Of a stretch of 6,322 nt of DNA, positions 1 to 6,253 are shown piece after piece. Origin of the DNA: Octopus sinensis (lineage: Eukaryota); assembly GCF_006345805.1 (NCBI RefSeq), contig NW_021829390.1, forward strand, positions 1 to 6,322, in the 5' to 3' direction. Positions within the stretch are counted from its first letter, which is position 1. Every line of letters starts with the position of its first letter. Under the pieces are notes generated by a model, which was given only the letters and a program-made list of their open reading frames with translations, ran no database searches and was not told the origin of the DNA. The position numbers were made by a program, and so were the translations under genes.

Positions 1-29
1 AGGCGGCGGGAACGGTGCCAATTGTTGGC

Positions 30-890
30 TCACACCCACTGCCACAACCACCACTACCACCACAACCACCACCACCACCACCACCACCACCACCACCATC
101 ACCTTCCCCACCACAACAGAACCCCTTCGCCTAACCCTACCACATCTTACCCACCTTCTCCCCCTCACCTAGTTTCAAAAAAGTCCACCCCACCGCCCAC
201 TCACCCACGACAAACCCCCTTCAATACCCACATCGAACCGCCGCCGACATCACCAACGACAACGCCACCTTCCCTACCATCACCACCACCACCACCTGCA
301 GCTACATATACCTCCACCACTACCATCATTACCCCAGCACTTGCAACTACCTCCACCACCACCACCAACATCTCTATCATGTCAATACCAATACAACCAA
401 GATGATCACCACCAACAACCACCCTTAATCCACTAGCAGCACGCCGCTACTTACGACACCACCAACTAACCACTATCAGTACTACCACCATACACCATCA
501 CCATCCGCTACTAACATCACACATCCTCACGTCCCTCCACCACCTGAAAACGACTACACCCCACTAACGACACCAACAACACTACACCAAACACAACAAC
601 AAAACCACCGCACCAAAGCGCACCACATCTCATACGCTATCAATGTCACCATTACCACCACCCTTACCATCACCACAGCCATCGCTACCACAAACGGCAT
701 CATTGCCACCGCTATCACTACAACCACCAACCCCACAAATGCCATTTACGCCACCACTACCACTACTACCACCACCACCACCACCACCACCACCACAGTC
801 ACCGCTACCACCAAAACCACCACCATTACAACCAAGAGCGTCAAAACCTAAACCATCACTATCACCAACACTCCCTCAATCATCAACACC
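30..890. repeat. C/A-rich low-complexity tract derived from degenerate (CCA)n/(ACC)n trinucleotide repeats
   Basis: Pure (CCA)n runs at ~66-98 and ~766-795 sit within degenerate ACC/ACT/ATC/ACA triplets. The + strand is very poor in G. The His/Pro/Thr-rich and Val/Gly-rich ORFs here are what such a repeat yields in any frame. Confidence 0.9.
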
Positions 891-993
891 AAGTGCCCGG
901 CCACATGCCCCCTACCGCCGCCCTAGTTTCGCCACTGGTACCATCGCATCTACCATTCAATAGGTGCTCAAACCCTTTTTCATTTCTGGCGAA

Positions 994-1010
994 TCTCTCT
1001 CTCTCTCTCT
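994..1010. repeat. (TC)n microsatellite within a pyrimidine-rich stretch just upstream of the LINE fragment
   Basis: tctctctctctctctct read directly at 994-1010. Confidence 0.9.
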
Positions 1011-1039
1011 TTCCCTCCTTTCACTTTCTATCTTATATG

Positions 1040-1508
1040 GGGAGATGCAATCACGTTCTTAAGGAGGCCCTGAGCATCGACGGGGAATACCTGTCCCTCC
1101 TCTTCAGGATCATTTTCGGGCCAGGAACTATGGTCAATTTCCAGAGATCCCTTGCCTGGCAGTGCTATGGGGAAGCGTTGCCCGTTCGAGATAAGTTCTA
1201 CAGACACGGTTCAAGAAACAGCGGATCGACTTGCCCGAGATGCGGTCAGAGCGACGAAACCGTTCTGCAGGCTTATGTCGGTGGGCTTATGTCGAGCGGC
1301 TGCTGTCACATGTGGGACGAATTCAGTTGTCAGCCGAGTCTATCGTGCATATTGTCCACCACCTTCTTTTAACAGAGAAGGCAAGACAATTTTCATTGTA
1401 TTGGTGGCTATGGTGAAAGAATGTGTATGGTGGACTCGTTTGAAGGGTTTTGAGACAAACACTTTCCACTCTGGCCAGCCTCTCATCAAGTCGTTCAAGT
1501 ATTACCTG
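1040..1508 (+). mobile_element. Degenerate non-LTR retrotransposon (L1/Tx1 clade) ORF2 C-terminal fragment including the zf-RVT-type zinc knuckle; truncated at both ends, two frame breaks
   Basis: Three frames join into one coherent protein. Frame of ORF 893: GRC...FGPGTMVNFQRSLAWQCYGEALPVRDKFYRHGSRNSGSTCPRCGQSDETVLQA (to ~1273). Frame of ORF 1231: WAYVERLLSHVGRIQLSAESIVHIV (1282-1356). Frame of ORF 1152: PPPSFNREGKTIFIVLVAMVKECVWWTRLKG...FKYYL (1356-1508). The W...LP.R......CPRC....ET..(H) pattern is the post-RT CCHC/zf-RVT signature of L1/Tx1 ORF2. Confidence 0.85.
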
Positions 1509-1697
1509 GAGACAAACAGCCCCGCATCCACATACATACAGCATGCATACTGTCCCCTTTTTATTTTCATAAATTCCTCTTCCAAACAATTTTGACGTCA
1601 TTGCTTTTAACGGATTTTTAAAAACACTCATTATCACTGTGAAAATTATGTAGCAATCCATAGAAAAGTTTTTGTCCGTCTTGAGGCTGATTGATTT

Positions 1698-1793
1698 TTC
1701 CTTGTCTTCCTGATGAGAAGACGGCATAATGCACACTTTATTCTTCGGAATTAAGAATAGGCAGTCTTCGAACATGTGTTGAAAGTAAAGGAA
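1698..1793 (+). ncRNA. Candidate type I hammerhead ribozyme (minimal stem III, Penelope-like-element type), one A missing from the GAAA core
   Basis: Stem I 5' arm TTCCTT-gtc-TTC (1698-1709). Core CTGATGA (1710-1716). Stem II GAAGAC (1717-1722) pairs with GTCTTC (1764-1769), with inner hairpin TATTCTT/AAGAATA (1739-1745/1753-1759). Then GAAC (1770-1773; consensus GAAAC), loop ATGT, GT+T cleavage triplet (1778-1780), and stem I 3' arm GAA-agta-AAGGAA (1781-1793). All elements are in the correct order. Confidence 0.6.
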
Positions 1794-1830
1794 TTGTGTT
1801 AAAATCTTCGTTCGACTCCATTCTTTTATT

Positions 1831-1835
<5 letters not shown>

Positions 1836-1866
<31 letters not shown>

Positions 1867-2115
1867 CACTGATTATCTGTCCGTCTATCTATTTGTCTAT
1901 ATCTTACTATATCTATCAACTAGCGTCTATCAATCAATCAATCTGTCTATCAATCTATTAATCAATCAATCTATCTATCTATCAATCTATCAATCAATCT
2001 ATGTATATATATATATATATATATATCACTGATTATCTAACAGTCTATCTGTTTGTCTATCTCTCTATAATGGTCAACCTAACTATGTGTTTATCGATCT
2101 ATCATACTGTCAGTC

Positions 2116-2179
<64 letters not shown>

Positions 2180-2213
2180 ACTAACTAACTATCTATCTTA
2201 CTAACTAACTATC
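1836..2213. repeat. Compound microsatellite block: (TA)n, (TCAA)n/(TCTA)n, (TA)n, (CTAT)n, (CTAA)n
   Basis: (TA)n at 1836-1864 and ~2003-2026, (CTAT)n at ~2117-2178, then (CTAA)n, all read directly. Confidence 0.95.
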
Positions 2214-2404
2214 TGTAGCTCTTTATATTTGTCTATCATACACGGCGTTTACTCAAACACCCGCACCACTCCATTGTTACAACTTCTCCAGCATTTTCAT
2301 TTTGTTATCTGGGCACATGTCCAACTGAGATAATCCTGCGAAACAGCTGATCTGCAAATTAACGGTCATCTCTGTGGCGTTACATTCACACTGAGTGTCG
2401 TGAT

Positions 2405-2490
2405 TATAGATACATACACACGTTTACACATATACACACTTAGACATAGGCATACATACATAAATCATACATACATACAAATATATATAT

Positions 2491-2529
<39 letters not shown>

Positions 2530-2537
2530 TATATATA

Positions 2538-2575
<38 letters not shown>

Positions 2576-2603
2576 TATATATATATTTGTATATATATAC
2601 ATA
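2405..2603. repeat. (TA)n/(CATA)n microsatellite block
   Basis: Imperfect (TA)n at ~2483-2600, preceded by ACAT/ACAC units. Confidence 0.95.
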
Positions 2604-2652
2604 TTTATCTTTTGGCAGAAGTCGTACAACTATAGACAAAACTCATCCTCTT

Positions 2653-2684
2653 CAAATTTGTGGCCTTGTGCCAATGTAGGAAAC

Positions 2685-2735
<51 letters not shown>

Positions 2736-2785
2736 TATTATTATTATCATTATTATTATCATTATTATTATTATTATTATTATTA
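2653..2785 (+). mobile_element. Probable 3' end remnant of a SINE/LINE with an expanded (TTA)n tail
   Basis: caaatttgtggccttgtgccaatgtaggaaac (2653-2684) runs directly into ~100 nt of (TTA)n (2685-2785). This resembles the 3' terminus of an octopus SINE as I recall it, which is unverified. The (TTA)n tract itself is certain. Confidence 0.5.
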
Positions 2786-3336
2786 CTTTTGATTTGTCTA
2801 AATCTCTGGTCTTTGAATGCACGTGCACCATATTCCCAGTAAAAGAACAATCTGACTTCCATCCATACAGCAGAAACTTTCCAAATTTCTAAAATCTTAA
2901 ATCTCGCCAAAATCTCACTGATTTGCTATGATGCAAAATTGCTGATGTGAACTTGTATGTTGAAGCACATTTTGTTGTATCTTGGGAGGGTCAGTGTGCC
3001 AACAATGAACACACACGCTGACTCTATTTCACTTCTTTTTTTAAAAGGTAATTGAGAGTGAAGAGGGAAGTGCTGTCCTGGAGTGAGTTTATTGAAATGT
3101 AGGTGAAAGTTGAGAAAATGGTAAGAGGGGATGGTACTTCTCTGAGTGTAAAACTGTGAGTCGGAGAGAAGGAATTGGAGAGAACACTTGCTCCTGGGGT
3201 TTCAGGGAAATCTCGGACAGTGGGGTTCCTCGATTATCCCTAGAGACCTTCCTGTATCAAGAGGACCACATCTCTATCATCTTCCCCGCCACTTTTTGTA
3301 AAACTTTGTATGCTATGCACACGTCCCTTCTTTATC

Positions 3337-3488
3337 AGGTTTCTTTCAGTTTCCGTCTAACAAATCTACTCACACGGCTTTGGTCTGCCAGAGGATATAA
3401 TAGAAGACACTTGCCCAAGGCGCTATCAGTGAGATTGAACCCGGAACCATGTGGTTGGGAAGCAAGCTTCATAACTACACAGCCACGC
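3337..3488 (-). mobile_element. tRNA-derived SINE, 5' half (head plus central domain); same family as 5512-5920
   Basis: The reverse complement reads gcgtggctgtgtagttatgaagcttgcttcccaaccacatggttccgggttcaatctcactg...ccttgggcaagtgtcttc...gaccaaagccgtgtgagtagatttgttagacggaaactgaaagaa. It has an A-box-like TGGCTGTGTAG and a B-box-like GGTTCAATCTC. About 78% identical to the copy at 5512 by hand alignment. Confidence 0.9.
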
Positions 3489-3497
3489 ATAGATAGT

Positions 3498-3549
<52 letters not shown>

Positions 3550-3777
3550 CAGACAGAAGGACAGACAGAGAGACAGACGGACGGACGGACGGACGGACGG
3601 ACGGACGGACGGACGGACAGACAGACAGACAGACAGATAGATAGATAGAACATACATACAACATACATACATACACATACATACATACATACATACATAC
3701 ATGCATACATAGATGCGAACATGCATACTTCATACATGCATACAGAGGCAAACAGACAGCAGATATATATATATATA

Positions 3778-3810
<33 letters not shown>
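3489..3810. repeat. Compound microsatellite: (ATAG)n-(ACAG)n-(ACGG)10-(ACAG)5-(ATAG)3, then (CATA)n, then (TA)n
   Basis: Read directly: (ACGG)10 at 3577-3616, (ACAG)5 at 3617-3636, (ATAG)3 at 3637-3648, (CATA)n at ~3651-3710, (TA)n at ~3763-3810. Confidence 0.95.
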
Positions 3811-3813
<3 letters not shown>

Positions 3814-3989
3814 AATTAGGACTGAACACGAAAGTGGACAGTCAACATGCTAGATATAGACGTCAAATCGCCATTCACCACAAAAAATTATGTTCTCAGA
3901 TCAAACATAATCTTTTGTGGTGAATGGCGATTTGACGTCTATATCTAGCATGTTGACTGTCCACTTTTCGTGTTCAGTCCTTAATTGGT
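3811..3989. mobile_element. Near-perfect long inverted repeat (foldback); probable MITE-like non-autonomous DNA transposon at a TA site
   Basis: The left arm 3811-3894 (84 nt) is the reverse complement of the right arm 3904-3989 (86 nt) except for two 1-nt indels and one mismatch. Spacer is CTCAGATCA (3895-3903). The ends read TA|CCAATTA...TAATTGG|TA within (TA)n, compatible with a TA target-site duplication as in Tc1/mariner-type elements. The hairpin is certain; the MITE call is inference. Confidence 0.65.
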
Positions 3990-4078
3990 ATATATAAATA
4001 TTTTAATCTTCGGATTCTATTTTAATATGCTAGACCACTGGTCTTAATTGATAAATTCATTTCTATTCTACCCTTAAT

Positions 4079-4083
<5 letters not shown>

Positions 4084-4113
<30 letters not shown>

Positions 4114-4130
4114 GATAGATAGATAGATAG
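4084..4130. repeat. (TA)n followed by (GATA)n microsatellite
   Basis: (TA)n at 4084-4109 and (GATA)n at ~4114-4130, read directly. Confidence 0.95.
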
Positions 4131-4419
4131 ACCGACAGCCAGATACACACAGATTGATGACAAAAGGAGAAGATAGTAGAGGAAACTGTAGAGCGGAGAT
4201 TTTCTATGGCGTTGACTCATCCAGGCATTGCGTCTAGTCGAGTGAGAGGCTATATGATAACAGCTGCTCACAACAAACAAACAATGGGTTGCCGGCGGGA
4301 AATGAAGAAACCAACAATAATATAAAGCGTATATTTAATCACGATTCAGTAGAAACAATAAGCTTTTCTTTTATCTGTTTCTTTCTGTCAATTGTCTCCC
4401 CCCCCAAAAAAAAGTTTAA

Positions 4420-4515
4420 CTGTCTCTGTTTCTGTCTGTCTGTCTGTCAGTCTGTCTGTCTGTTTGTCTTTTCGTCGTTGAGTTTTTTTTTTTTTCTCCC
4501 CCTTGGTTTTTTTCA
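4420..4515. repeat. (CTGT)n microsatellite with poly-T/poly-C low complexity
   Basis: Imperfect CTGT units at ~4420-4468 and a poly-T run at ~4483-4495. Confidence 0.85.
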
Positions 4516-4586
4516 CCATATGCCTGACGCTCCTATAACTGATCTGTCATCGAAGAGCCATTATAACGCATACGCACATATGCTGT

Positions 4587-4589
4587 AAG

Positions 4590-4621
<32 letters not shown>

Positions 4622-4666
4622 CGCGTGTATGTATACATACATACATATATACATATATATATATAT
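4587..4666. repeat. (GT)n then (CATA)n/(TA)n microsatellite
   Basis: Read directly. Confidence 0.95.
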
Positions 4667-4680
4667 TAAGGTATGTAGAA

Positions 4681-4980
4681 AAATACAACATGGACAAGAA
4701 CGTATAACTCTTAGAAGACGATACAATAAACATGGACAGGACATTCGAACCCCTCAGTCTTCAGTCAAGAACCGGATCATCGTAGTAATTTCGGCTGATT
4801 AATCTTGAGATTACTAGATCACGGCCAGCCCTCCAAGAAAAACTAAGCAACGAGCATTAGAAAAACTAAGCTGGAAGCGTAGATTTCCTGGAAGAAGGAT
4901 CGAATGCATACGAACACCAGGACACAAACAGAAATGGACAGATATAAAAAAACAAAAAACAATAATGGAATACAGAAACA
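4681..4980. mobile_element. Unclassified dispersed-repeat-like segment
   Basis: Higher-complexity sequence between two microsatellite blocks, with internal direct repeats. It resembles a recurrent octopus repeat as I recall it, but I cannot name a family or verify this here. Confidence 0.35.
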
Positions 4981-5003
4981 TGAAATACAGAAGCATTAAC
5001 GGT

Positions 5004-5103
5004 ACATATATACATATATATATATATATGTTGTGTGTGTTGTGTGTATGTATGTATGTATATATGTATGTATGTAGGTATACATACATACATATATACA
5101 TAT

Positions 5104-5158
<55 letters not shown>

Positions 5159-5200
5159 TATGCATATATATATATATATATATATACATATATATATCTA
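5004..5200. repeat. Compound microsatellite (TA)n/(TG)n/(TATG)n/(CATA)n/(TA)n
   Basis: Read directly; long (TA)n at ~5108-5185. Confidence 0.95.
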
Positions 5201-5269
5201 TTATATTAAATTAGAGACAAAAACACTATTAGGCAAATCATACAATGAAAAACTTAAGCCAATACATAA

Positions 5270-5462
5270 GATTATTTAATTTATATTATTTAAATATATA
5301 ATATATAATATATAACAAAATTTAATTAATATAATATTTTACTATAAAATTGGATTCAATCCTAAATCTGATTTTTTCCCTGTAAGTTTGGATTTATTCA
5401 ATATTTATTTATTATTATTATATAATATATTATATATATATAATAATATTATAATATATATA
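5270..5462. repeat. Extremely AT-rich low-complexity tract
   Basis: 5271-5340 and 5401-5460 consist almost entirely of A and T. Confidence 0.9.
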
Positions 5463-5511
5463 CACGAGAGATGAATACATAGCATACACCACATATATGT
5501 GGATATGGATA

Positions 5512-5920
5512 TGTATGGCTGCGTGGTATGAAATTTGCTTCCCAACCACGTGTTACCGGGTTCAGTCCCACTGTGTGGCACCTTGGGTAAGTATCTTTTA
5601 CCATAGCCTCGGGCCGACCAAAGCATTGTGAGTGGATGTAGTAGATGGAAACTGAAAGAAGCCCAACGTGTATGCGTGTATACGCGCACACGTCTGTGTA
5701 TGTGTGAATGTGGATCTATGTGTATTTGTGTGCTTGTGTGTGTGTCTGTGTTTGTTTCCCACTACCGCTTGACAATGGTTTGTTGGTGTGTTTACGTCCC
5801 CATAACTTAGCAGATCAGCAAAAGCCGATAGAATAAATACTAGGCTTACAAAGAATAAGTCCTGGAGTCGATTTGTTCGACTAAAGGCCGCAGTCAAATG
5901 ACTGAAACACATAAAAGAAT
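5512..5920 (+). mobile_element. Near full-length tRNA-derived SINE (octopus-type) with internal (GT/TA)n spacer and 3' tail
   Basis: A-box-like TGGCTGCGTGG (5516), B-box-like GGGTTCAGTCCC, central ...ccttgggtaag...gggccgaccaaagcattgtgagtggat...ggaaactgaaagaagccc, a GT-rich spacer, then ...cgtccccataacttagc...gatagaataaatactagg...gtcgatttgttcgactaaagg...cagtcaaatgactgaaac and an A-rich end. Homologous copies lie at 3337-3488 and 6125-6253. Confidence 0.9.
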
Positions 5921-5922
5921 AT

Positions 5923-6000
5923 TGGGGTCGATTCATTCGACTAAAACACTTAGAGGCCCCAGCATGGCCGCAGTATAACAACTGAAATAAGGTATAGATA
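5923..6000 (+). mobile_element. Second, tandem copy of the SINE 3' tail module
   Basis: tggggtcgattcattcgactaaaa...ccccagcatggccgcagtataacaactgaaa parallels tggagtcgatttgttcgactaaaggccgcagtcaaatgactgaaa at 5863-5907. Confidence 0.8.
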
Positions 6001-6080
6001 ATATATATATGTGTGTGTGCTCATATATAAATACATACATATACATGTGCGTGTGTGTATGCGTATATATATACTCACAC
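6000..6080. repeat. (TA)n/(GT)n/(CATA)n microsatellite mix
   Basis: Read directly. Confidence 0.85.
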
Positions 6081-6124
6081 AGACATAGATTTATATCAAC
6101 GAAACAATAAAAATATATAATAAA

Positions 6125-6253
6125 CGTATGTGGTAAGATGTTTGCTCCTGAAGCACATGGTTCTATGTTCAGTCCTAGTGTGCAACAACTTGAGCAGAGT
6201 GGGCCGACCAAAGGGTTGTGAGTGGATTTGATGGACAAAAGCTGGAAAGAAAC
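6125..6253 (+). mobile_element. Older, internally deleted copy of the same SINE (5' half)
   Basis: tgtggtaagatgtttgctcctgaagcacatggttctatgttcagtcctagtgtg...gggccgaccaaagggttgtgagtggatttg...gctggaaagaaac aligns to 5519-5660 with a gap of roughly 20 nt and more substitutions. Confidence 0.8.

Noticed and set aside
22-963. His/Pro/Thr-rich ORFs (22-405, 643-963) and Val/Gly-rich antisense ORFs as real proteins
   Set aside because: They are direct translations of a CCA-type repeat, open on both strands, with non-ATG starts and no domain content.
893-1595. ORFs 893-1372, 1152-1595 and 1231-1416 as independent genes
   Set aside because: Each carries one piece of a single frameshifted LINE ORF2 remnant; the rest is out-of-frame read-through.
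1593-1600. Perfect CRE palindrome TGACGTCA
   Set aside because: A lone 8-mer with no promoter context or nearby gene; plausible by chance in 6 kb.
2225-2400. Possible small exon in the higher-complexity stretch between microsatellites
   Set aside because: There are several AG candidates, but each minus-strand frame I translated hits a stop quickly, I saw no convincing donor, and no peptide is recognisable.
1796-2910. ORFs with YIYI, LLLL, NNNN or IIII runs (and similar ORFs at 3426-3829, 4533-5279 and 5405-6284)
   Set aside because: They are translations of (TA)n, (TTA)n, (GATA)n, (CATA)n microsatellites and SINE sequence.
3811-3989. Long hairpin as a canonical pre-miRNA
   Set aside because: The ~85-bp near-perfect stem is much longer and more perfect than animal pre-miRNAs; it fits a MITE or hairpin RNA better.
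4214-4232. Minus-strand CTGGATGAGTC...GAAA as another hammerhead core
   Set aside because: It has an extra G in the core, and no stem II can form between the motif and GAAA.
4284-4325. Short ORF MGCRREMKKPTII with an N-terminal MGC lipidation-like motif
   Set aside because: Only 13 codons before a stop, with no splice donor to extend it.
4740-4837. Intact minus-strand hammerhead ribozyme
   Set aside because: The core upstream of the GGCTG/CAGCC stem is CTTGGAG (poor match to CTGANGA), and the genuine CTGAAGA has no stem II partner in either type I or type II topology.
5512-5585. SINE heads as functional tRNA genes (also 3420-3488)
   Set aside because: A- and B-box-like motifs are present, but I could not fold a cloverleaf with an acceptor stem, and the sequence continues into the SINE body.
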